Positions 9,164 to 19,600 of a stretch of 64,000 bases of DNA are shown here, piece by piece. Location of the stretch: contig JAQVHZ010000002.1 in the NCBI GenBank assembly GCA_028695965.1, positions 24,001 to 88,000 on the forward strand, read 5' to 3'. Numbering within the stretch: position 1 is the stretch's first letter; each line of letters begins with the position of its first letter. Below the pieces are notes generated by a model, which was not told the origin of the DNA, searched no databases, and worked only from the letters and a program-made list of their open reading frames with translations. This stretch comes from Thermoguttaceae bacterium. Lineage in GTDB: Bacteria > Planctomycetota > Planctomycetia > Pirellulales > Thermoguttaceae. Both the position numbers and the translations under genes were made by a program.

Positions 9164-11317
9164 ATGATAGAGTTGTTTGAGGGATTCGACGAGCTAAGCG
9201 ACAGCGAGCTTGAAGAATGCGTCAGCCGCTTGCAGCGCGAAGTCGACGAGGGGAAGGTCGACGCGTGTTGGCAGTTGGCGTCGTTCTACGAGAATGGACG
9301 CGTCGTTCAGCGCGACGCGCGGCGCGCTTTTCAGCTGCGCGAACAGGGCGCCCTTGCCGACGAGCCGAACGCGGTATTTTGGCTCGGCTACTCTTACGAA
9401 CACGCCGTTGGCGCGCATTACGATCTTCAGAAAGCGATCGAACTTTATGATCGCGCGCTTCAAGGCGACTCGGATTTTCAGTCTCGCGTCTTCGCGTGTT
9501 GTCAATTTTCGATCTATAAGATTTTCAAGCGCGTAACGTCGTTCAAACTTTTGGAAAAAGAGCTCGACGGCGAGACCTATTACGAGACGCACATTGAGAC
9601 CGACGCCGAAGGCTCCGAAGACGAACGCCTGACGGCAATCTACGCGCAATGCAAGCCTTCGGTGAATCCGTTCTATTGCGCCGAATTGGCAGAGATAATG
9701 CGCAAATTGGGTGAACCTAAGGAATCGTGCGAAGTTGCGGCGTCGCAGCTCGACGCGAAAGCGGCGGAACTCTTTGAAGACGCCGCAGAACGCGGCAACG
9801 CCGTCGCAGCCGGCAAACTGGCCGAGTATTACGGACACGGCAAAGGGGTCGAGGAAGACGGGGCTTACGCAATGCAGCTCACTCGCCGCGCCGCCGACGC
9901 GGGATACGCGCCCGCGATCGTCATGATGGGGTTCGTCTGCGAGTTTGAGGGGCTGTTTGACGAAGCGCTGGAACACTATTTGCGCGCGGCGGAACTCGAT
10001 TGTCCAGACGGGTTATGCAAAGCAGGTCTAAGAAAAGAAGCGCTTGGCGAGACCGAGGAGGCGCTGCGCCTCTTTCGTCGCGGCGCGCAGCTCAATCACG
10101 GACCTTCGCTTTTCTTCTTAGGCAGAAGCTATTGGGCAGACGAGAAGATTGAGAGTAAGGAAAACGCCGTCGAATGTTGGCGTCGTTCTGCGGAACTTGG
10201 ATTTCCGTTGGCGATGGAGCGGTACGCCGCCTACCTAAGTTCCGACCTAGACGAGGCGAGTCCTCGTGAAGCGTGGGCGGAAGTCGCCGAATATTATAGG
10301 CGCGCGATGGAAGAAGGCGTCGATACGGCGAAAGTTAACTACGCGTGTATGCTCCACGACGGCCTTGGCGTCGAGAAGGATCTCTGGGAGTCGGCGCGGC
10401 TTCTGAACGAAATCTCGCAAGAAGGCGACACGGAGGCTAAAGAATTACTTGCCGCGCGAAAGTTCGAAGGAGACGGCTGCGACCGGGACCCCGACGGAGC
10501 GTTCGAACTGCTCCAAGAAGCGGCGCAAGAGAGTACGACCGCCCAAATTGCGCTTGGATTTCGGTATTTTTTCGGCGACGGCGTTCTGCAGGATTATTTC
10601 CGCGCCGCGCGTCTATTTGGCGAAGCCGCTAAGTCGGGCGCCTCTATTGCGCTGATTAATTTTGCGCGCTGTTGTTTTGAAGGTCTTGGAGTCTTTCGCA
10701 ACGATCTTGCGGGCGAGTATTTTCTTCGCCTTGCCGCAGAACAAGGGGATCCAATAGCCGCGTATCGTCTTGGACTGCGCTTTGCGTCGGGCGAATACGG
10801 TCCCGAAGACTGGCGTCTGGCCATGCAATGGTTCCACGTGGCGTCGGCGAGTCAAGACGCGCTGGCGACCGAACGACTTGCGTTCGGCTACTGGAATGGG
10901 CTTGGCGTCGAGCGCGATCGCGTCTTAGGCGCTTATCTGTGGGAACTTGCAGACGACTATGGCGACGAAGAAGCGCTCGAGGAGCTCGAACGCGCTGAGA
11001 GCGCGCTCTATGTCGAACAGCTCTTCAGTGAGTCGGAGGATCCTCACGAAGCGCAGCGGGACGCCGCAGTTGCCGAAGCGATGGGGATATGGATGGAGTC
11101 GAGGACGAGCGCTTCCGGCGATTTCCCCAGCAGGGCGGAGTTTGTGAACGAGTATAAGTTGAGAGTCGACGCGTTTGGCAAATCGAACGCCCGACCTGTC
11201 GCGACCGTGTCTAAGAGCGGCGGAGCCGTTCAAGCGCTCCTAAAGATGTACCGCGCCTGCGCCGCTGCCGACGCGACGCGCTCTGTTGCAGCGGAAGGAA
11301 TGGCGTTTGAACCATGA
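9164..11317 (+). CDS. Sel1-like (SLR/TPR-class) repeat protein
   Basis: 717 aa. Many repeats of the form 'A..W..KAAE.G...A...LG..Y..G.GV..D...A' (for example 'AAERGNAVAAGKLAEYYGHGKGVEEDGAYA'). No signal peptide. Its stop overlaps the priA start (ATGA at 11314-11317). Confidence 0.8.
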   Translation: MIELFEGFDELSDSELEECVSRLQREVDEGKVDACWQLASFYENGRVVQRDARRAFQLREQGALADEPNAVFWLGYSYEHAVGAHYDLQKAIELYDRALQGDSDFQSRVFACCQFSIYKIFKRVTSFKLLEKELDGETYYETHIETDAEGSEDERLTAIYAQCKPSVNPFYCAELAEIMRKLGEPKESCEVAASQLDAKAAELFEDAAERGNAVAAGKLAEYYGHGKGVEEDGAYAMQLTRRAADAGYAPAIVMMGFVCEFEGLFDEALEHYLRAAELDCPDGLCKAGLRKEALGETEEALRLFRRGAQLNHGPSLFFLGRSYWADEKIESKENAVECWRRSAELGFPLAMERYAAYLSSDLDEASPREAWAEVAEYYRRAMEEGVDTAKVNYACMLHDGLGVEKDLWESARLLNEISQEGDTEAKELLAARKFEGDGCDRDPDGAFELLQEAAQESTTAQIALGFRYFFGDGVLQDYFRAARLFGEAAKSGASIALINFARCCFEGLGVFRNDLAGEYFLRLAAEQGDPIAAYRLGLRFASGEYGPEDWRLAMQWFHVASASQDALATERLAFGYWNGLGVERDRVLGAYLWELADDYGDEEALEELERAESALYVEQLFSESEDPHEAQRDAAVAEAMGIWMESRTSASGDFPSRAEFVNEYKLRVDAFGKSNARPVATVSKSGGAVQALLKMYRACAAADATRSVAAEGMAFEP

Positions 11318-13920
11318 CGACGTCGCGGCCCGGTTTCTTTGATCCGTCCTTTCCAGCGTGGGAGTCTTACGATCCTAGTCGTGAGATAACGGTGGCGAAA
11401 GTCGCTTTTGTCGACGGCCCCGACGGCTTGTTCGATTACAAGGTTCCCGAAAGACTGCTCGAGCGATTGCGGCCAGGTATGCGCGTTTTGGCGCCCCTCG
11501 GCATAAAAAACAGGTCGGTAACCGCCTATTGCGTCGAGCTTACGCAGCAAGAGAGCGAAGTTGTTGCCGAGCTGGAAAAGCCGACGAGTTTGAGCGCGGA
11601 AGAAGAACCGAAAGAGTCTGGCGAGGGGCTGTTGTTTCCGGAATTGGCGTCCCCGGCCCCGGAGCAAAAGAAGAAAACGAAAAAGAAGACTAAAACCTTT
11701 CGGCTAAAGGAGTTGCTCGACGTCGTCGACAAGAAGCCGATTCTTTCGGCGAAAGGCTTGGAACTCGGCGTCTGGCTTTCCAAACGTTACCTTGCTCCTC
11801 TTGGTCAGACGCTCGACGGAATTGTGCCTGCCGGGGTAAGAGACTCTATCGGCACGCGCATGACGACGGTCTACGAACTTGCCCCGGATATCGATAAAAA
11901 ATTGAATCGCGTCGACGAGGTCAAAAATAAGCGCGCTTACGACCTCCTGACGCACAAGCAGCGCTACGTTATCGACGAGATGCGCAAGCTGACGGAACCG
12001 CCGACCCTTTCGGAACTTGGTCGAGTTGCGAAATGTTCGAGCGCGCCAATCACAGCGCTCAAGAATCTCGGCTTCCTTCGCGTGAAGCGCGTTCGCCGCG
12101 TGAGCGATTTCTACACGGAGCTTTTGGAGACGGAAAAGACCGCCGCCCCGACTGAGCCGCATATTCTGAACGAAGAACAACAAAAGGCGCTCGACGCGAT
12201 CCTCGGCGCGCTTCGGAACGAAGAATCGTCCGCCTTTCTGCTCCACGGCGCGACGGGAAGCGGCAAGACGGAAGTCTATATTCGCGCTATTGAAGAAGTC
12301 GTCTCCTATGGCAAACAGGCGATCGTCTTAGTGCCTGAGATCAGCCTGACGCCGCAGACCGTCCAACGGTTCCGCGCTCGGCTCGGTTCGGTCGCCGTGC
12401 TGCACAGCCGCCTGACCGACTTGGAACGCAAAGCCGAATGGGAAAAAATAGCGACGGGGAAGGCGAAAGTCGTCGTCGGAGCGCGCAGCGCGATCTTCGC
12501 GCCCGTGCCGCGCTTAGGGATCGTGGTCATTGACGAGGAACACGAAACGTCCTTCAAACAAGACGTTACGCCTCGTTATCACGCGCGCGTCGTCGCGCGT
12601 TGGCGCACGCAGCGCGAAAACGCGCCGCTCGTCTTGGGCTCCGCGACCCCTTCGCTGGAAAGTTGGCGCAACGTTCAACTTAAGAACTATAAACTCCTAA
12701 CGTTAGCGCATCGCGTTCGCAATCTTCCTCAACCTCCGGTCTATGTCGTCGATATGCGCGCGCGCGCGGCGTCCGGTTTTTCGACGGGCGCGTTGTGCCG
12801 TCGGCTTTGCCGCGATATCGAGACGGCGCTCGATGCGGATCCGACGAATCAGATCGTTCTTTTGCTCAATCGCCGCGGATTTTCGACGCACATTCAGTGC
12901 CCTTCGTGCGGCGAGACGATTCAATGCCCGAACTGCGACGTCGCGCTTACGCATCATATAACGCAGCAAATAGCGATTTGTCACTATTGCGACTTTCAGG
13001 TTCCGGCTCCTAAGTCGTGTCCTTATTGCGGTTTTGTTGGAATCAAGTACGGAGGATTCGGCACGCAGAAGCTCGAACAGGAGTTATGCGCTCAATTTCC
13101 AAACGCGCCGATTTTGCGGATGGACTCCGACACGACGCAGGCTAAAGACGCGCATGAGAAGTGTTTGTCGGCTTTTCGTCGGGGCGAATACCGCATTTTG
13201 CTGGGCACGCAGATGATTGCAAAAGGTCTTGATTTTCCGAACGTCGTGCTCGTTGGAATCATCAACGCGGACGTGGCGCTTCACCTGCCGGACTACCGCG
13301 CCGCAGAACGGACGTTCGGCTTGATTCTTCAGGCGTCCGGCCGCGCGGGCAGGGGCGACAAAGAAGGAAAGGTTGTCGTTCAGTCTTATTATCCTGATCA
13401 TCCGGCAATTGTGGCTGCTGTTAAAGGCGATTATATTGGATTTGCCAATTCTGAACTTGCGGCGCGGCGCGCGTTAGGGTTCCCGCCGTTTGTGTCCGCG
13501 ATTCGATTTGTCGCGCGAGGACCGGACGAGCAAGACGTCGCTGAATTTGCGCGGACGCTCGGAGACGCGCTGCGCGAGGCGGTGCGCGAAATCAACGACA
13601 AACACGGATACGATCCCGGCGCGCTCGCCGCGTCGGCGCCGGAGCCTGAGGAACCTGGCGCGGCGCGCGATTCGTCGGACCGCAACGTCGTTTCGTTCCG
13701 ACCGGCGAAGCGCGTTCGACCGCCCCTTGTCGCGCGGATTTTAGGGCCCGCCCCAGCGCCCTTTGCGAAATTGCGAGGGAATTTCCGGTTCCATCTTCAA
13801 ATTCTTGGCGCGCCGGGCGCTCTTCTTCGCGACGCCGCCGAGCTCGTATGCAACGCGAAATTGAAGGCGCCTCGACACGTCCAATGGATAGTCGACGTCG
13901 ATCCGCTCGAATCGCTATAA
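11314..13920 (+). CDS. priA: primosomal replication-restart helicase PriA
   Basis: 868 aa. Walker A HGATGSGKTEVY, DEEH box (VVIDEEHE), and a Cys-rich zinc region CPSCGETIQCPNCDVALTHH...CHYCDF...CPYCG. Carries Lys/Glu-rich insertions relative to the usual ~730-aa length. Confidence 0.93.
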   Translation: MTTSRPGFFDPSFPAWESYDPSREITVAKVAFVDGPDGLFDYKVPERLLERLRPGMRVLAPLGIKNRSVTAYCVELTQQESEVVAELEKPTSLSAEEEPKESGEGLLFPELASPAPEQKKKTKKKTKTFRLKELLDVVDKKPILSAKGLELGVWLSKRYLAPLGQTLDGIVPAGVRDSIGTRMTTVYELAPDIDKKLNRVDEVKNKRAYDLLTHKQRYVIDEMRKLTEPPTLSELGRVAKCSSAPITALKNLGFLRVKRVRRVSDFYTELLETEKTAAPTEPHILNEEQQKALDAILGALRNEESSAFLLHGATGSGKTEVYIRAIEEVVSYGKQAIVLVPEISLTPQTVQRFRARLGSVAVLHSRLTDLERKAEWEKIATGKAKVVVGARSAIFAPVPRLGIVVIDEEHETSFKQDVTPRYHARVVARWRTQRENAPLVLGSATPSLESWRNVQLKNYKLLTLAHRVRNLPQPPVYVVDMRARAASGFSTGALCRRLCRDIETALDADPTNQIVLLLNRRGFSTHIQCPSCGETIQCPNCDVALTHHITQQIAICHYCDFQVPAPKSCPYCGFVGIKYGGFGTQKLEQELCAQFPNAPILRMDSDTTQAKDAHEKCLSAFRRGEYRILLGTQMIAKGLDFPNVVLVGIINADVALHLPDYRAAERTFGLILQASGRAGRGDKEGKVVVQSYYPDHPAIVAAVKGDYIGFANSELAARRALGFPPFVSAIRFVARGPDEQDVAEFARTLGDALREAVREINDKHGYDPGALAASAPEPEEPGAARDSSDRNVVSFRPAKRVRPPLVARILGPAPAPFAKLRGNFRFHLQILGAPGALLRDAAELVCNAKLKAPRHVQWIVDVDPLESL

Positions 13921-13964
13921 ATGACCCGAACTAAAGAATAATATTTACGAAAGGCAATGCGGAT

Positions 13965-14912
13965 ATGTCGGCGATGATTCGGCCAGCCGCGCTGGTAGGC
14001 GCGTTTGTCGTAGGATGGTTTTTTCCGCAAGGGGCGGTGTTGAGGCCCCTTATCCCTTGGTTTGTCGGGTTCATGCTTTTTATGACCTTTTTAGGTCTGG
14101 ACGTACACAAGATGGCGGTTCGGCGCAGCCATATGGCGATCGTTATCTTTAATATTTTAATCGGGGTTGGCGGCTACCAGATCGTCTGCTTTTTGAGTTC
14201 TGAAAAATCGCTGGCGCTCGCGACCTTTTTTGCCGGGATGGCGCCGACGGCGACCGCCGCGCCTGCGATAGCGCGCTTCTTGAAGCGAGAATCGGAATAC
14301 ATCGTGACGGGCTTGCTTCTCACGACCGCTTGCATAACGATCGCTCTGCCTTTTCTGATACCTTGGGTTCTCCAAGAAGAGTATGCAGGCGGCAAGTTTT
14401 TCGTCGGCGTTTTATCCGTTGCAAAAAGCGTTGCAACGACGCTCGTCTTGCCGATCGTTTTGGCGCGGACGCATCGCGCTATTTTTCCAAGCAGCAAGAC
14501 GTGGACAGAGCGTTTCAAGAATGTAACGTTCGTCGTTTGGATCCTTATGGTGGTGATTATTGCGTGCCGGGCGTCGGCGTTCATTCGCGACCCCGCGAAC
14601 GGAGTCAGCCCAACGATCCTATTCTATGTTGGAGCGTCGTCGTTAATCGTCTGCGTCGCTAATTTTACAATTGGGTATTTTATAGGCGAGAAAGAGTATC
14701 GCGCGGAAGCAAGTCAGACGCTCGGGCAGAAGAACACGGCGGTGATGATCTGTTTTGCCACCCTCTACACAGGCCCTCTCGCTTCGCTTGGCCCGACGAT
14801 TTACGTTCTTTGGCATAACCTCTGGAACGCGGCGCAGTTAGCGCTTGTCGCAAGACAGGATCGAAAAGCGCTCCATGCAGAGAAGACGGCCGCGAACAAA
14901 CACGCTGAGTAA
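13965..14912 (+). CDS. polytopic membrane transporter, bile-acid:Na+ symporter (BASS/SBF)-like
   Basis: 315 aa with about 9-10 hydrophobic helices. 'FFAGMAPTATAAPAIARFL...LLLTTACITIALPFLIPWVL' resembles the SBF-family core. The CDS call is firm; the family call is weak. Confidence 0.6.
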   Translation: MSAMIRPAALVGAFVVGWFFPQGAVLRPLIPWFVGFMLFMTFLGLDVHKMAVRRSHMAIVIFNILIGVGGYQIVCFLSSEKSLALATFFAGMAPTATAAPAIARFLKRESEYIVTGLLLTTACITIALPFLIPWVLQEEYAGGKFFVGVLSVAKSVATTLVLPIVLARTHRAIFPSSKTWTERFKNVTFVVWILMVVIIACRASAFIRDPANGVSPTILFYVGASSLIVCVANFTIGYFIGEKEYRAEASQTLGQKNTAVMICFATLYTGPLASLGPTIYVLWHNLWNAAQLALVARQDRKALHAEKTAANKHAE

Positions 14913-14926
14913 CGAAAGGAAAGAAA

Positions 14927-15409
14927 ATGTATCGAGTCGGTTACGGATGCGATCTTCATCGTTTTACCGAAGGAACGTCATTGCGGCTGGGGGGCGTAAC
15001 GATACCCTTTACATACGCGCTTCTCGGTCATTCGGACGCAGACGTCCTGCTTCACGCAATCGCCGACGCGCTGCTCGGCGCGGCCGCGCTCGGGGATATT
15101 GGCGAGCTCTTTCCGGACGACGACGAAGAGAACCGAGGCAGAGATTCCGCAGAGATTTTGTCGCTGTGCAACGAAGCGGTCGAAGAGGCGGGCTGGCGCG
15201 TTTCGAATCTCGACTGCGTCGTGTGCGCAGAACGACCGAAATTGGGCGCGTTAAAGAAGGCGATGCGCTCGCGAATCGCCGCGATCCTCGGAGTCAAGCC
15301 AGATCAAGTGAACGTCAAAGCTAAGACCGGCGAGAAAGTCGGTCCGGTCGGAAGGCTTGAAGCGATTGAAGCGCGCGCCGTCGTCTTGCTCGAACCGATT
15401 GAAAAATAA
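14927..15409 (+). CDS. ispF: 2-C-methyl-D-erythritol 2,4-cyclodiphosphate synthase
   Basis: 160 aa. Motifs GYGCDLHRF and LGHSDADVLLHAIADALLGA match IspF metal/substrate motifs. AGGAAAG Shine-Dalgarno-like sequence upstream. Confidence 0.95.
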   Translation: MYRVGYGCDLHRFTEGTSLRLGGVTIPFTYALLGHSDADVLLHAIADALLGAAALGDIGELFPDDDEENRGRDSAEILSLCNEAVEEAGWRVSNLDCVVCAERPKLGALKKAMRSRIAAILGVKPDQVNVKAKTGEKVGPVGRLEAIEARAVVLLEPIEK

Positions 15410-15433
15410 CGCAATAGCGGCGAGGTAACGACA

Positions 15434-16600
15434 ATGTCCAACAGACTGCGCCCAACGCCCGGCCCCCTGACCGTCTTTCGACATACGGCGATGGCGTGTG
15501 ATTTTGAAGTGGCGCTGAACGAGTCCCAAGACGAATATGGCGCCGACGCGGCGCTTGACGCGCTCGACGAGGTCGATCGGGTTGAGGAGGCGCTTTCCGT
15601 CTTTCGGTCGACGTCAGCCGTCAGCAGATTGAACCTGCTCGGCGCGGAGATGGGCGTTCGCGTCGACGACGAGCTCTGGAGCTGGATCGAGACGTCGATG
15701 CGCTTGGGCGAGGAGACGGAAGGCGCGTTTGACATAGCTTCGGCGCCCTTGTGGCGCGTTTGGGGGTTCGCTAATCGGGACGGAGAGTTTCCGAAAGAAG
15801 AGGATCGTCAGCGCGCGTTGGAGCTTTCTGGACAGCGACATTTGCGCCTGGATCCTTCCGCGCGGTCGATCGCTTTTGACGAGCCCGGCGTCGAGCTGAA
15901 TTTTGGAGCGATCGGCAAAGGAATCGCGCTCGATCTTGCGGCGGCTAAATTAGAGGATCGGGGCGTCTACAATTTTCTGATTCAGGGCGGCAAGAGCGGG
16001 GCCGTCGCTCGCGGCGGTCGGATAGGCGACTACTCCCCGAGCCTATTTGCAGAACCGACGCGCAACGAGGAGGACGAAGATCCGGAATTCGACGAGGAAA
16101 GCGGCATACGCCGACGCGGCGCTAAGGTCGATTCCGGGGCCGCGCTCGACGCGCTTTTGCCCGACGCGCTGCGTCCTGACGCCGCCCTGCTTGCCGAAGC
16201 GGAACTTCGGACCGCGCCGACCGGCTGGACGATCGGGGTGGCGCATCCTCTGTTCCCGAAACAGCGTATTGGAGAGCTCTGGCTCCGCGACCGCGCTTTG
16301 GGCACGTCGGGGTCGACGTACCAATTCTTCCGCGCCGGCGGGAAGCGCTATTCTCATATCATCGATCCGCGAACGGGCTTTCCGACGACGGGCGTTCTTT
16401 CGACGACGGTTCTCGCGCCGACGGCGTCCGAGGCGGACGCGCTTTCGACCGCGTTCTTTGTGCTTGGACCTGAGAAATCAGAAGAATACTGCCGACGTCG
16501 TCCTGATGTTTCGGCGCTCCTCGTCTTAGAACGCGACGTCGACCCCGGCTATGAACTTGCTGCGTTTAATCTCGGTTCCGACATATTTCGCACATTATAA
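15434..16600 (+). CDS. apbE: FAD:protein FMN transferase (ApbE family)
   Basis: 388 aa. ApbE signatures 'FDIASAPL...WGF', 'NFGAIGKGIALD', 'GTSGSTYQFF...YSHIIDPRTGFP' and 'SEADALSTAFFVLG'. No signal peptide or lipobox is visible. Contains an acidic ~70-aa insertion. Confidence 0.85.
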   Translation: MSNRLRPTPGPLTVFRHTAMACDFEVALNESQDEYGADAALDALDEVDRVEEALSVFRSTSAVSRLNLLGAEMGVRVDDELWSWIETSMRLGEETEGAFDIASAPLWRVWGFANRDGEFPKEEDRQRALELSGQRHLRLDPSARSIAFDEPGVELNFGAIGKGIALDLAAAKLEDRGVYNFLIQGGKSGAVARGGRIGDYSPSLFAEPTRNEEDEDPEFDEESGIRRRGAKVDSGAALDALLPDALRPDAALLAEAELRTAPTGWTIGVAHPLFPKQRIGELWLRDRALGTSGSTYQFFRAGGKRYSHIIDPRTGFPTTGVLSTTVLAPTASEADALSTAFFVLGPEKSEEYCRRRPDVSALLVLERDVDPGYELAAFNLGSDIFRTL

Positions 16601-16619
16601 GAGCGCGTTCTTTTTAAGT

Positions 16620-19600
16620 CTATTCGAACTCCATCAGACCAAACGCATTTTCGCCGGAATCGGAATTTTCAACGTTCCAACATTCGATCCCGACGCCCGG
16701 AACGATTCTCCGCATCGCAACGCGCCAGACTTCGCCTTGCGCCGGCGGCCGGTCGGTCAATTCAGCGAGCGGAATTGCGGCTTCTATCGTCCACATCGAA
16801 CTTGTTTCCGACTTAGCGACGAAGATCGCGGGGTTCCATTTTGGTTCGTTCCAATTGGAGTCGGACAACCATCCTCTGCAGTCAAAGACGAATTTATATG
16901 CAGTCGCATAGTCTCCGTCGAGGTCGAAGAGCAGCTCGACGCGGTCGTAGAACGTCTGGTCGGCGTCGCGTTCTCGACTCGGTTTTTCGCTGTTGGCGTC
17001 GGTTCCCGACGCTTCGTTGAGCGCGTCGGCCAGGTCGCTCTTGGGCGCGGTCTCTTGATCGGAATAGTTAACGCCAGGCGTCTTTTGACAAGTAACGCCG
17101 AGGTAGAGATACTCGGAATCGTGCGCGAACATGACGTTCGTCCCAATCTGTTTCGAAAACGCCTTATTCTTCTGGCGCCACATTTTTGCGCTGCGTTCGG
17201 CAAGCGTCGGCTCGCGCAACGGGGGCGCTTCTTGAAAAGGAGTCGACAAGTCGACTTTTTGAGCGGAGTCCCAGACGCTCGGCTCAAACGCGCCGTCTAA
17301 ATAGGGCTTTTCGAAAATTCGTCCGCATGTGAATTTACTGAGCGGGCAAAACTGCTTCTCCGTCGAGCGCTGGTCGCTTACAGGAGCGCGCAGCCAATAC
17401 TCCGCGGCGGCGCGAGCGCCCCAGACGTCGTCTTCGGACGCCTGCGAACGGATCATGTAGAAATTCATCGCGCCCTCGAGGTCCCCGCTCTTCAGCTGCG
17501 CGGCGGCGAGCGGGAAGCGGATCTCCGGCGCCATGTAAGCATCCGGCGCGAAGTCGCGAATTGTGTCGCCGAGCCGCTGCGCATTGAGAAGCCGGTCGTT
17601 CCAGTTTTCGTTGAGCGTAACTTCGCCCTGGAGCTGCGCGCGCCGCTTCGGCTCGGTTCCACTGTAATATTGGACGAGCCACGTGAACGCTTCGACGCTT
17701 TGCGGATGGTCCGGCAACTCGAGCGCGACGAGCGAATAGGCTTCTTCCGCCGCGGCGAGCGCCCCTTGTTCGGCGAATCGTCGTCCGACCGTTTCGAGGT
17801 ATTCGACGGCGAAATCGGGATCGACGCCTTGGATATTTTCGCGCAGTTGAGCTAGGAGAATACTGCCGCTCGTGCTCTTATTGGAGCTTTTTCGGGTCAA
17901 CGCGTCGACGACGCCGAGTTTCTGGCGCCGATCGCCAGCGCGCGAAGCGAGCGCGTCTGCGGAATTGGCGAGCGCCGACTGCCGCGCGCGTCGCGCGTCG
18001 CATCCGTACGGGAGGTCGAGCCCGTCGAAGAATATCTTGTCGGCGTATTTTGTCGGAACGGCGCTGAACAGGGTCTGGAAATTGGTTGTGTCGCGCGTTT
18101 GCTTGGAATCGGAAAGGATAGCGCGCGCGTTTGCGGCGATTTCCGCAATCGTTCGACCGAGCGAGACGCAGAAGTAATTAGAATCGATCGAGAGGTTCCC
18201 CTGCGTCTTTCCGCGGCACAAAGCGCGCGCCTTTTTTACGGACCAAGGCTCTAAGTTGCAGACGGTGAGGTGTTCGGGAAAGACGGTCGGGTCGGCGGCG
18301 TTCCTCACGGCGCCGGGCAATTCTCTCAGGAGCAGCTCCTGAAAGGGGTCGTGCGGACGCTGGTCGAGGTTCGCAGAATTTACCGCAAGGGCGCCGACGA
18401 GCGCGCGAGCGCCTTCGGGCGTGTTGATATTGAGCGAGTCGGGAATTTGCACGGCGTTCCCGGCGCCGTCGTCAAGGAGCGAGTCGGCGGTCAGAAGCAA
18501 GCTCGGGCGCCAGATTCTTAGGAGCCTGACGAGCCGCTCTCGGAACCGCATCAAGCCGTCGCCGTCGTTTTCCGCGTCGAATCGCGCGAGGATTTGTTCG
18601 ATCGAGTCGCGTTGAACGGCGGGATTCAGCACAAAGAGGCTCGCTTGCGTCATGCCGGACGCGCCCGTTTCGACGAGCGCTTCGTTGAACCGTTCGACAA
18701 ATGGAATCTCCGCGGCGAGCCCTTCTTTGTCCGCCTCGCGCGCGACGAGCGCTATTTCCGTGAGGAAACCGCCGTCGCCGGCAAGTTGGACGAGCGCTTC
18801 GATCGGGACGTCCTCGGCGCGCCCGAATATTCCGAGCATAGCAACGCGCGTACCGCCTGAACGCTGCAGTTTCCAGGTCCTGCCGCCGTCGTTTGTAGCG
18901 ACAATGACGCCTAAATCGCCGACCGCCCAGCCGTTGTTGCGGTCGATAAACGCGGCTTTTCGGAGCGGAGTATTGACGCCTGTCGGAGCGGCGTTCCAAA
19001 CGTTTCCGCCGTCGTCCGAATAGAAGAATAGCGAGCCCGGCGTTCCCACGACCCCGACAAAGCCGTCGAGCGCGACGACGCCGGACAAGTCGAAGTAGTT
19101 TTGAGACTCGTTGGGAAACCCGCCCGGCGTCTGCGACCAGTTGTCGCCGAAGTCAGAGGAGACGAGCGTCAAGCCTTGGTCGCCGACGACCCACGCGCGT
19201 TGGGTCGTTCCGTCGTAGACGACGTCTCTTGCGCGGCGCGTTCCCAGCGAAAGGGGCTTTTGCTCGGCTTGGGCGCCGTCGACGCCCTGGACGTCGCCTT
19301 CGGTCGTCACGCCGACGCCAAGCTGTTCGATCGGGTCGTAGAGCGCGGAGCTCCAGCCGCCGCGTTTGTTCCCATCGACGCGAATCCATTCGACGCCGGT
19401 ATCTGTGCTGAAAAAGAGGCCCGAAGGATAGAGATCGGAGGAGTCGCCCGCGATCCACGCGTATTCTTCGTCGATGATTTTGACGTCGCGCAGGATAGGA
19501 AACGCCGCCGTCGGGACTTCGCCCCACGTGAGTCCGCCGTCGATCGTGCGCAAGACGACGCCCTGGCCCGCATGAGAGGTCGGATTGACGCGCCCGCCGA

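Noticed and set aside
9194-9976. 260-aa minus-strand ORF antisense to the Sel1-repeat gene
   Set aside because: Shadow ORF. The plus frame carries the clear repeat architecture.
16551-17300. 249-aa plus-strand ORF overlapping the 3' end of the 1210-aa gene
   Set aside because: Arg-rich shadow frame. The minus frame encodes the CBM9-like domain continuous with the long ORF.
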